NCBI GenBank assembly: GCA_046290465.1
Contig: JBKAGP010000001.1
Span: 2,080,001-2,144,000 of the forward strand
Origin: Planctomycetota bacterium
Lineage (GTDB): Bacteria; Planctomycetota; UBA1135; UBA2386
Direction: 5' to 3'
DNA length: 64,000 nucleotides
Below are positions 1 to 8,325 of this stretch, piece after piece. The position numbers and the translations under genes were made by a program. The notes under the pieces were generated by a model. It did not search any database. It was not told the origin of the DNA and worked only from the letters and a program-made list of their open reading frames with translations. Within the stretch, counting starts at the first letter, position 1. Every line of letters begins with the position of its first letter.

Positions 1-1409
1 AACACCCGCACGCCGCCGACGTGGAACGCCTCCATCTGGTCCCATGCGAACTCCTCGCCGTTGACCAGGTCGACAGCTCCGCGGGATTCGCCGTAGTAGG
101 TGAAGGCGTGCCCGATCGGGTAGATGCTGCGCGCGTCAGGGCGACGCCACGGCCGCCGTTCGACCGAACCGTCCGGCGCCTCGTAGACCAGCTCGTCGGC
201 GTCGACCCACACGCGCACCCCGCCGGGCGCCTGGAGCTTCGTCGTGGCGCGGCGCTCTTCGAGCACCTTCGCCTCCCAGTCCTCGTCGGGCAGGATGCGG
301 CGCGTCTCGCGGTCGTAGGCGACCTCGACCCACTGCCTGGTGACCAGGTCGTAGATGCCCTGCACCTCGTCGCCGCGCCAGTCCCACGTGCGCCAGTAGC
401 GCTGCACGCCGGTCGTTCCCAGGTGGTACGGCGCGAGCACCTCGCTCATGACCCCAAGGTGCACGCCGCCGATCTGCTCGATCGCGCCATCACGAAGATC
501 GATGCGCACCGGAACCGACAGCCAGTTCTCGTTCTCCGAGATCCGCGCCAGCGCGAACCGACTGTCGGGCGACAATCCGATGACCTGCCCCAGCGACGCG
601 TTCTCGAGGTCCGGGTGGTGGTAGCGCCACGCGCGTTCGCCGAGCCACGCGCCACCGGGCAGCAGCGCGACACCGGTCGCCAGCAATCCGACCCGCGCCG
701 AACGCAGCGCTCCGCCGCCGAGCCGGCCGCGCGTCCACGACAGCGCCGACACGACCAGGCCCGTGACCGGCACCAGCCACAGCCAGCTCTGCCAACGCAC
801 CCCATCGAAGATCTTCGGAGCCTGCCGCTCGACGGCGAACACGAGGAGTCCGACCACCAGCACCAGCAGCACGGTGCCGAGCAGCGCCAACCGGCCGCCA
901 GGCGTCCACGTGCCGACGGCCCAGATCCAAGGCACCAGCGCGAGCCCCGCCGCGAGCGCGTGCACGACCCACGGCAGGTTCATCCAGACCTCGCCGTCCC
1001 AGCCCCAGCGATAGAGGCCGAACCAGTGCTGGTCGAGCGACTCGACGAACAGCTCTCCGACCAACAGCCCGAGCAGCGGCAACAACAGCGTCGCCAACAC
1101 CAGGAACAGCAGCTTGCCCCAGAACGCCGGCCACAAGGCCCCTGGCAGCCGCCGCACGAACTGGTCCCCCTTGGGCCCGACGTATTCGCCGCGCACCAGC
1201 GCCGGCACCACGAACGCGACCACGCCGATGCCACCGGCGCAGACGAACCACGACACGGCGTGCGCGCCGAAGCCGTCGTCGAACCAGCTGTGCCGCGGCG
1301 CCAGGTAGAGACCGATGCACAGGCACGTGAACACCAGCAACGTGTAGGCGACCAGCAGACCGCGCTGCGCGCGCCACTCCTTCCACAAGTAGGTCAACGC
1401 GAGGTTCAC
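1..1409 (-). CDS. ABC transporter permease-like membrane protein with soluble C-terminal domain (truncated by window edge)
   Basis: Not in the ORF track because it runs off the edge. Read manually from GTG at 1409 (GTGA overlap with the ATPase stop): MNLALTYLWKEWRAQRGLL..., with a typical ABC-2 'WKEWR' N-terminus and about 6-7 hydrophobic segments. The frame stays open to position 1. Confidence 0.75.
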   Translation of the reverse strand, partial: MNLALTYLWKEWRAQRGLLVAYTLLVFTCLCIGLYLAPRHSWFDDGFGAHAVSWFVCAGGIGVVAFVVPALVRGEYVGPKGDQFVRRLPGALWPAFWGKLLFLVLATLLLPLLGLLVGELFVESLDQHWFGLYRWGWDGEVWMNLPWVVHALAAGLALVPWIWAVGTWTPGGRLALLGTVLLVLVVGLLVFAVERQAPKIFDGVRWQSWLWLVPVTGLVVSALSWTRGRLGGGALRSARVGLLATGVALLPGGAWLGERAWRYHHPDLENASLGQVIGLSPDSRFALARISENENWLSVPVRIDLRDGAIEQIGGVHLGVMSEVLAPYHLGTTGVQRYWRTWDWRGDEVQGIYDLVTRQWVEVAYDRETRRILPDEDWEAKVLEERRATTKLQAPGGVRVWVDADELVYEAPDGSVERRPWRRPDARSIYPIGHAFTYYGESRGAVDLVNGEEFAWDQMEAFHVGGVRV

Positions 1410-2146
1410 GACAGCACCTCCTCCGCGCGCACGGCCTCGGCCAGCACGTCGTGCAGGCCGCTCGGCACCTGCGCCGGCTCTTCCTCGCCGAGCACCTCGG
1501 CGAGCGTGCCGTGCCTGACGATGCGGCCGCGCTCGAGCACGGCGACGCGATCGGCGATGCGCGAGGCGACCTCGAGCTCGTGCGTCGCGCACAGCACTGT
1601 GCGCTCGCCGTCCTTCAGCGCCGCGAGCACGCCCTGCAGCACCTCTTCGCGCACCAGCACGTCGAGGCCGGCGAACGGCTCGTCCAGCAGCAGCAGGTCC
1701 GGCTCCGGCGCGAGCGCCGCGACCAGCATCGCCTTCATGCCCTGGCCGCGCGACATCGACTGGAAGCGCGTCTTCATCGGCACGTCGAGCTGCTCACACA
1801 GCTGCCGCACGCGCGCTTCGTTCCACGTCGCGTACTGCCGCGACAGGAACTTGTAGAGGTCCTTCGCGGTCATCCACGGATACACGTCCGGAACGTCCGG
1901 CACGTAGCCGACCCGCGACAGCACCTCCTTGTGGTGCAGGACCGGGTCCTTGCCGAACACCCGCACGCTGCCGCGCTGCGGCCGCAGCACGCCGAGCAAC
2001 AGCCGCATCCACGTGCTCTTGCCGCTGCCGTTCTGGCCGAGCAGCACGGTCACCTGCCCTTGCTGCAGCTCGAAGTCCAACCCGTCGAGCACGCGCTTCC
2101 TTCCGAAGCGCATGCCGAGCCCCTGTGCTGTCACGACGTCGTTCAT
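1406..2146 (-). CDS. ABC transporter ATP-binding protein
   Basis: C-terminal part of ORF 1406..4318. Walker A GQNGSGKS, signature-like MSRGQ, Walker B LLLLDEP, H-loop ATHE. ATG at 2146 overlaps the GntR stop (ATGA). Confidence 0.93.
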   Translation of the reverse strand: MNDVVTAQGLGMRFGRKRVLDGLDFELQQGQVTVLLGQNGSGKSTWMRLLLGVLRPQRGSVRVFGKDPVLHHKEVLSRVGYVPDVPDVYPWMTAKDLYKFLSRQYATWNEARVRQLCEQLDVPMKTRFQSMSRGQGMKAMLVAALAPEPDLLLLDEPFAGLDVLVREEVLQGVLAALKDGERTVLCATHELEVASRIADRVAVLERGRIVRHGTLAEVLGEEEPAQVPSGLHDVLAEAVRAEEVLS

Positions 2147-2529
2147 GCCTTGCTCCTCTCCCTTCCCCAGACCTGCTCCAGTACCTCGTCGACGACTTCG
2201 CGCGCGTGGCCCGATCGCCGCACCTCTTCCGCCGCGCGCCGGAACGCGTCGAGCGTCTCGGCCAGGCGGATCCCCTTGGCGACCTTCGGCCCCGCCGCGG
2301 TGACGTAGACCCCCGAACCGTTGCGCCCCTCGGTTGCGCCGAGGTGCTCGAGGTCGCGGTAGGCCTTGGTCACCGTGTTGGGATTGACCAGCGCTTCGCC
2401 GGCCAGCCCCCGCACCGACGGCAGCTTGTCCCCCGTGCCGAGCTCGCCGCTCGCGATCGCGTCCAACACCGCCGCGACGAGCTGTTGGCTCGGTGGCACG
2501 GAGCTGTTGGGATCGACGCGGACGTTCAT
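2143..2529 (-). CDS. GntR family (YtrA subfamily) transcriptional regulator
   Basis: wHTH motif GDKLPSVRGLA...VNPNTVTKAYRDLE...GRNGSGVYV and a short C-terminus. It lies upstream of ABC genes, as is typical for YtrA. Confidence 0.92.
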   Translation of the reverse strand: MNVRVDPNSSVPPSQQLVAAVLDAIASGELGTGDKLPSVRGLAGEALVNPNTVTKAYRDLEHLGATEGRNGSGVYVTAAGPKVAKGIRLAETLDAFRRAAEEVRRSGHAREVVDEVLEQVWGRERSKA

Positions 2530-2531
2530 CA

Positions 2532-2555
2532 ACCGTCCTATCGGCCTCGGACGGT
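2532..2555. promoter_or_regulatory. candidate YtrA/GntR auto-operator
   Basis: Inverted repeat ACCGTCC-N10-GGACGGT directly upstream of the GntR start. The core GT-N2-TA-N6-TC-N2-AC resembles YtrA-type operators. Confidence 0.5.
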
Positions 2556-2662
2556 CGACACTTGAGCGGTTGCCACACAGCTGCGACATCCGCTGCCGCC
2601 GTCGGCCCCGGACCATCTGCTACCGTGCGACGTCCGCACCCCGCCACCCAGCAAGACACCGC

Positions 2663-5188
2663 ATGCTCCAGAGGTCCGCCCTCGTCTCCGCCCTCGTCCT
2701 GACCGCACCTCTGTTCGCGCAGCAGGCGCCCGACCAGGACGACACCGCGTTCACACTCGAGAACATCTTTCCGGACAAGAAGAAGCCGCTGTTCGGACCG
2801 AGCGCGTCCGGCACCGCGTTCTCGCACGACGGCAAGCACGCCGCCTACCTCTACCGCGGCTACGACGAGCGGCGCCACGGCAACGACCTGTGGCTCGTCG
2901 ACGTGCACAAGGGCAAGGCGAAGCGGCTGACCAGCGCCGTGATGATGGCCGACTTCCAGGCGTCGGCCCGCGAGGTCGTCGACGCCCGCGTCGCCGCCGG
3001 CATTGCCGCCGACAAGAAGGCCGCCGACAAGAAGAAGGCCGATGCGAAGCAGAAGGCCAAGGCCAAGAAGGACGGCGACCACAACGACGCCGACGCGCAG
3101 AAGCAGCTCGACCGCCAGAAGTACGGCAACCGCGTCGACGCCGACGACGCCAACGCCGAGAAGGCGCCGCGCTACGGCGGCGTGCGTTCGTTCGTCTGGT
3201 CGCCCAAGGGCAACGAACTGCTGTTCACGTCGGGCGGCGACGTCTACCGCTTCACGGTCGGCAAGGAGGCGCCCGAACGGCTGACCTGCACCAAGGCCAG
3301 CGAACGCGACGTGCAGTACCTGCCCGACGGCAGCGGCTACACCTACCTGCTCGACGGCGCGCTGATGAAGGTCACGTTCGGCAGCCACCTGGTCGTGCAG
3401 CTCGATCCGAAGCTGCCCAGCGGCGAGTCGATGTCCGGCTACCGCCTGAGCCCCGACGGCAAGCAGCTGGTGTTCCTGGCCAGCAAGGGCTCGTCGTGGC
3501 GCGGCGGCAACCGCAGCGTCAACATCGCGCGCTACCGCGACCGCTTCATGGAGGTGCAGAAGGTGCCGCGCACCGTCTCCGACGACGCGATCCCGGACCG
3601 CAAGACGGCGGTCTACCTGCACACGCTCGACGGCGCGATGCACGAGCGCGACAAGCCGCGCCTGATCTGGACGCACACGCACAGCGGCCCGCGCGACATC
3701 ACGCCGGTGCCCGAGTGGGCGCCCGACAGCAGCCGCGTGACGTTCGGCACCTTCGAGCAGAAGAGCTCGCACGTGCTGATCCTCGAGGCGCGGCTCGACG
3801 ACGAGGCGCCGCCGAAGCAGGCGACGGCGACGAAGGGCGCCGCGAAGACGGACCCTGCGACGAAGGCGAAGGCCGACGGCAAGCCGAAGGCCTACGTCGA
3901 CCTGCCCGCCCGCACCGTGCTGCGGTTCCTGCACGACGGCGGCCCCAACACGCCGCGCATGATGCAGCCGCAGTACTGCGCCGACAGCCGCCACATCGTC
4001 TACCTCAGTGAGCAGACCGGCTTCCGCCACGTGCACGTGCTCGACCCGCTCTACCAGAGCACGCGCCCGCTGACCAACGGCCGCTACGAGGTCTACCCGT
4101 TCGGGATCAGCGAGGACCACCGCCGCCTGCACGTCACCGCGACCAAGGAGCACCCGACGCGGCAGGACCTCTACACGCTCGACCTCGACAGCGGCAAGCT
4201 CCACCACCTCAACCGCGACGCCGGGGTCTACTCCGGCGCGGCGATCAGCAACGACGGCAAGGTCGCGCTGGCGACCTGCAGCCACTACGGCGACCCGCGC
4301 GAACTGGTGATGGTTCACAAGGGCCGCAACACCCGGCTGACCGACTCACACCCGGACCGGACCGCCAGGCTGACCGCGATCGCGCCCGAGTTCTTCAGCT
4401 ACCAGAACCGCCACGGTCACGAGATCCACGGCCACGTCTACAAGCCGAAGGGCTGGTCAAAGGACGACCAGCGGCCGCTGCTGCTCTACGTCTACGGCGG
4501 TCCGCTCGGCACCCGCAAGCAGGTCACCGACGGCAGCTTCCACAGCGCGTCGTACTTCTTCGGCCAATACATGGCGCGCGAGCACGGCTGGGTCACCTGC
4601 ACGATCGATCCGCGCGGCATGTCGGGCTACGGCGGACTGTTCGAGAAGGCCAACTTCGAGCAGGTCGGCAAGCCGCAGGTCGAGGACCTGACCGACGGCG
4701 TCAAGCACATGATCGAGCACTACGGTGTCGATCCGGACAAGGTCGCGATGCACGGCTGGAGCTTCGGCGGCTTCCAAACGCAGATGTGCATGTATACCGA
4801 GCCCGACGTGTTCCAGGTCGGCATCGCCGGCGCCGGCCCGACCGAGTGGGAGAACTACAACTCGTGGTACTCGACCGGCACGATCGGCAACAGCCGCGAA
4901 GGCAAGACCGACCTCGCCAAGTACTCGCTGCTGCCGCTCGCCAAGAACCTGAAGGGCAAGCTGCTGCTGGTGCACGGCATGGAGGACAGCAACGTGCTCT
5001 ACCAGGACACCGTGCGCGTCTACCGCGAGCTGCTGAAGGCCGACAAGGAGACCCTGGTCGAGCTGTTCCTGGACCCCACCGGCGGCCACGGACTCGGCGG
5101 CGACGTGACCACGCTGCGCCGCTACCGCAAGTACGAGGAGTTCCTGGTCCGCCACCTCGGCAGCCCGAAGAAGCAACAGACCCGGTAG
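2663..5188 (+). CDS. S9 family (DPP-IV-like) secreted serine peptidase
   Basis: Signal peptide MLQRSALVSALVLTAPLFAQQ, beta-propeller WSPD/SPDG repeats, YVYGGP, nucleophile GWSFGG, HGMEDSNV (Asp) and GGHG (His). Confidence 0.92.
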   Translation: MLQRSALVSALVLTAPLFAQQAPDQDDTAFTLENIFPDKKKPLFGPSASGTAFSHDGKHAAYLYRGYDERRHGNDLWLVDVHKGKAKRLTSAVMMADFQASAREVVDARVAAGIAADKKAADKKKADAKQKAKAKKDGDHNDADAQKQLDRQKYGNRVDADDANAEKAPRYGGVRSFVWSPKGNELLFTSGGDVYRFTVGKEAPERLTCTKASERDVQYLPDGSGYTYLLDGALMKVTFGSHLVVQLDPKLPSGESMSGYRLSPDGKQLVFLASKGSSWRGGNRSVNIARYRDRFMEVQKVPRTVSDDAIPDRKTAVYLHTLDGAMHERDKPRLIWTHTHSGPRDITPVPEWAPDSSRVTFGTFEQKSSHVLILEARLDDEAPPKQATATKGAAKTDPATKAKADGKPKAYVDLPARTVLRFLHDGGPNTPRMMQPQYCADSRHIVYLSEQTGFRHVHVLDPLYQSTRPLTNGRYEVYPFGISEDHRRLHVTATKEHPTRQDLYTLDLDSGKLHHLNRDAGVYSGAAISNDGKVALATCSHYGDPRELVMVHKGRNTRLTDSHPDRTARLTAIAPEFFSYQNRHGHEIHGHVYKPKGWSKDDQRPLLLYVYGGPLGTRKQVTDGSFHSASYFFGQYMAREHGWVTCTIDPRGMSGYGGLFEKANFEQVGKPQVEDLTDGVKHMIEHYGVDPDKVAMHGWSFGGFQTQMCMYTEPDVFQVGIAGAGPTEWENYNSWYSTGTIGNSREGKTDLAKYSLLPLAKNLKGKLLLVHGMEDSNVLYQDTVRVYRELLKADKETLVELFLDPTGGHGLGGDVTTLRRYRKYEEFLVRHLGSPKKQQTR

Positions 5189-5237
5189 CCGCGCGCACCC
5201 CTTGCGCGGCGGGCCCGAATCGCATTCGATCCCTGCC

Positions 5238-5678
5238 GTGCCTGTGACCGGGAGCAAGAAGAACGGAGCCGATCCGCCGCGCGGCCTGCGTGCGGCGTGG
5301 TTCTGGCTGACCGGCTCGGCGCTCGCGATCACCGCCGGCATCAGCGCCGACGTGGCGCCGGAGTCGGCGACCTGGTTCGGCGTGCGCGGCCCGCAGTGCC
5401 CCCTGGGCAGCTGCCTGGGTCAGCTGCACTGCCCCGGCTGCGGGCTCGTGCGCAGCACCTCGTCGGCGCTGCAGGGCGACCTCGAGGCCGCGTGGCACTT
5501 CCACCCGGCCGGAATCGTCATTGCCGCGCTGTTGCCGGTGACCTTCCTGGTGCATTTCGACATACTTCGCCGCCGCCGCGAACTCCCCCTCCACCACCGC
5601 CTACGCCGCGCCGGCTACCTGTTGTTCGTAGCCTCGATCCTCACCGGCTGGGCCCTTCGCTACTTCATCCGGAGTTAG
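5238..5678 (+). CDS. DUF2752-like membrane protein
   Basis: CP...HCPGCGLVRS...GDLEAAWHFHP motif plus TM helices. Start codon uncertain (5202 or 5238). Confidence 0.75.
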   Translation: MPVTGSKKNGADPPRGLRAAWFWLTGSALAITAGISADVAPESATWFGVRGPQCPLGSCLGQLHCPGCGLVRSTSSALQGDLEAAWHFHPAGIVIAALLPVTFLVHFDILRRRRELPLHHRLRRAGYLLFVASILTGWALRYFIRS

Positions 5679-5685
5679 TCCCCTC

Positions 5686-6252
5686 ATGCTCTCGATGCTT
5701 GCCGCGTCCGAAGACGCCGCGATCTTCGCCGTCCAGATCAGCAGCTGGCTGATCTTCGGCATCATCTGCGCGATCATCGCGGCCAACCGCGGACGCAGCG
5801 CCGTCGGTTGGTTCTTCATCGGCGTGTTCCTGTCGTGCATCGGCCTGATCCTGGTGCTGGCGCTGCCCGACCTGAAGAAGGAGGAGGAACGTGAGCGCCG
5901 CCAGAAGCTCGAGAACCGCCGCCTGCGCGAACAGCTCGCCAAGGAGCGCCAGGTCTCCGACTCCCGCCACACCAACGTCGAGCGCCGCCTCGGCGCACAC
6001 GACGAAGCGCTCGGCCTCGACACGTCGAACCCGCCGGAGCTGCCGCACACCGCGGCGGCCGCACAGCTGACCAACGGCGACCAGTGGTTCTACGCGCGCG
6101 ACAACGAACGCCAGGGCCCGGTGTCGACCGAGACCATCCGCCACCTGCTGCAGGCCAACGCGATCGACGCCGACACGCTGATCTGGTGCGAAGGCATGAC
6201 CGACTGGACCGCGCTGCGTGACACCGACCCGTTCCGCGGAGACGTGGCGTGA
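5686..6252 (+). CDS. membrane protein with coiled coil and C-terminal GYF_2 (DUF4339) domain
   Basis: Two N-terminal TM helices, a charged coiled coil, and WFYARDNERQGPVS...DTLIWCEGMTDW matching the GYF_2 pattern. Confidence 0.82.
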   Translation: MLSMLAASEDAAIFAVQISSWLIFGIICAIIAANRGRSAVGWFFIGVFLSCIGLILVLALPDLKKEEERERRQKLENRRLREQLAKERQVSDSRHTNVERRLGAHDEALGLDTSNPPELPHTAAAAQLTNGDQWFYARDNERQGPVSTETIRHLLQANAIDADTLIWCEGMTDWTALRDTDPFRGDVA

Positions 6253-7172
6253 GCGACGCCAACGAAGGCGCGACCCCGCCGGCCGGCGCACCGCGATCGC
6301 TGATCGTCGAGGGCATCGTCGACGGCCGCGTGCTCGACGCGCAGGCGCTGCGTGAGGCCGTCGCCCGGCTGTCCGCGTGCGGCGCCGGCGAGTTCCGCAT
6401 CGACGTCACCGGCGGCCGCTTCAACATGCTGCCGGTCGACACGCACGTGCCGCCGGAGGGCTTCGACTCGGCTGCGCAGTCGAACTTCCTCGACCGGCTG
6501 CAGGAGCTGGTCGACGCCGCCCAGCCCAACAGCATCGAGACGACCCTGCGCTGCAAGCTCGTCTACGACGACGAGGTCGCCGAGACGCTGTTCGTGGTGC
6601 AGGGCACGACCGTCGAGCCGGTCACCCGCCGCCGTCCCCGGACCGTGCAGGACGCTCCGGCGCTGCCGACGATGGAGGCCGAGGCCTCGCTGGGCATGCG
6701 CCGCAAGGAGCTGCTGTGGATCGCGCCGCTGCTGCTGGTGCTCGGCGGCGTGTTCGCGTGGCAGTCCGGCTACATCGACCGCGTGCTCGCCGTGCGCGCC
6801 GAGGAGATGAACACCGACACCGGCCCGTTCGGCGACATGGTCGCGATGAAGCTCGAGCGTTCGTGGGGCAACTACCACGTCACGCTGACGCGCGGCGCCG
6901 GCTACCCGACGACGCCCGACGCGCTCGCCGCGCGCAAGCAGTCGAGCTCGGACCTGACCGAGCAGGCCGCCTGCGCGGTCGTCGGCGAGGGCGACCAGCT
7001 GTTCGTGCAGCTGCTCGACGACCAGGGCAAGGTGCTCGAGGCCGCCCGCACCGAACTGCGCCCGCTGCTGACCGACGCCGACGGCGAGGTCCTGGTGCGC
7101 CTACCCGGCAAGATGTCGGTCAAGAGCGTGCGGCTGTCGCTCAGCGCCGGCAAGAAGCAGAAGAACAAGTAG
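6249..7172 (+). CDS. hypothetical single-pass membrane protein
   Basis: Translationally coupled on both sides, GC3-rich codon usage, one TM segment (LLWIAPLLLVLGGVFAW). Confidence 0.7.
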   Translation: MSDANEGATPPAGAPRSLIVEGIVDGRVLDAQALREAVARLSACGAGEFRIDVTGGRFNMLPVDTHVPPEGFDSAAQSNFLDRLQELVDAAQPNSIETTLRCKLVYDDEVAETLFVVQGTTVEPVTRRRPRTVQDAPALPTMEAEASLGMRRKELLWIAPLLLVLGGVFAWQSGYIDRVLAVRAEEMNTDTGPFGDMVAMKLERSWGNYHVTLTRGAGYPTTPDALAARKQSSSDLTEQAACAVVGEGDQLFVQLLDDQGKVLEAARTELRPLLTDADGEVLVRLPGKMSVKSVRLSLSAGKKQKNK

Positions 7173-8299
7173 TGGACGAAGCGCCACAGGACGACAGGCC
7201 CGAGGACGACAGCCCCGAGCACGCGCGGCCGGAGCGCGACCGGCCTGCGAACGACCCTGCCGAGCGCGACGTTCCTGGGCACCCGACGCCGCTACCGGCC
7301 GCCTCCGAGCAGACGGTGCGCACCTGGCCGCAGGGCCGCTCGCTCGGCGACGACGAGTGCATCGAGCTGTCCTGCGCCAGCTGCCGCACCCACTGGCGCA
7401 TCCACGACCGCCTGCGCGGCTTCCGCCTGCGCTGCAGCTGCAACGCGTGGCTGCAGATCCCGGCACCGAGCATCGACCCGGAACGGGCGCTGCTGGCGGC
7501 CCCCCGCGAGCCGGACCTGCCGGTCGCGCTGGACTCGTCCCGCGCCGAGGTCGACGAGCGCGGCATGCTGGTGCTGCCGGGAGACGATCACGACGGCGAC
7601 GTCATCTACAGCGAGATCCCGGTCGATGCGCCGATGGCTCCGGGGTCGATGCGCCGCGCCAGCAACACCAACCAGAAGCGCTGGACCAACCGCACGCTGC
7701 TCGAGTTCACGCTGCTGATGGGCGCGCTGCTCGGCCCGCAGCTGGTCGCCTGGCTGCTGGCCCGCAACGACGAGTTCGCGCTGCTGCTGCCGTTCGCGAG
7801 CCTGGTCTCCGGCGTGCTGGTCGCGCTGGTCATCGCCTGGGCCGGCCCCTACGGCCGCGTCGGCCTGCGCCCGGCGCATCCCCGCTACTTCGCCGAAGCA
7901 ACGCTCGTCGCCGCGCTGTCGGTCGGCATCGCGATGCTCTACGTGATGGGCCTCGAGCAGCTGTTCCCCGACGCGGAGAGCGGCCTGGAGGGCATGACCT
8001 CGCGCCTCGGCCTGATGCTGTCCGTGTTCGTGATCGCGGTCACGCCAGCCGTGCTCGAGGAGATCATCTTCCGCGGCATGCTGCAGGGTCGGTTGATGGC
8101 GCTGTTCGGCCGCTTCACCGGGTTCTTCGTGACCGCCGCAGCGTTCGCGATCGTGCACGGCCAGCCGGCCGTGCTGCCGATCCACCTGGGCCTCGGCCTC
8201 TACCTCGGCTGGCTGCGCGAACGCTCCGACAGCCTGCTGCCGTGCATGCTGATGCACTTCCTCTACAACGGCACGCTGGTCTGGCTGGAGTTCCAGTAG
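7172..8299 (+). CDS. CPBP (CAAX protease/Abi) intramembrane metalloprotease with N-terminal Zn-ribbon-like motif
   Basis: GTG at 7172 overlaps the upstream TAG. CASC...CSC near the N-terminus; CPBP motifs EEIIFRG, FAIVH, HFLYN. Confidence 0.85.
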   Translation: MDEAPQDDRPEDDSPEHARPERDRPANDPAERDVPGHPTPLPAASEQTVRTWPQGRSLGDDECIELSCASCRTHWRIHDRLRGFRLRCSCNAWLQIPAPSIDPERALLAAPREPDLPVALDSSRAEVDERGMLVLPGDDHDGDVIYSEIPVDAPMAPGSMRRASNTNQKRWTNRTLLEFTLLMGALLGPQLVAWLLARNDEFALLLPFASLVSGVLVALVIAWAGPYGRVGLRPAHPRYFAEATLVAALSVGIAMLYVMGLEQLFPDAESGLEGMTSRLGLMLSVFVIAVTPAVLEEIIFRGMLQGRLMALFGRFTGFFVTAAAFAIVHGQPAVLPIHLGLGLYLGWLRERSDSLLPCMLMHFLYNGTLVWLEFQ

Positions 8300-8307
8300 C
8301 GCGCGGC

Positions 8308-8325
8308 AGGGGCGCGAGCGCCCCT
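8308..8325. terminator. GC-rich hairpin between convergent genes
   Basis: AGGGGCGC-GA-GCGCCCCT at the junction of two convergent CDSs; no U-tract. Confidence 0.3.
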
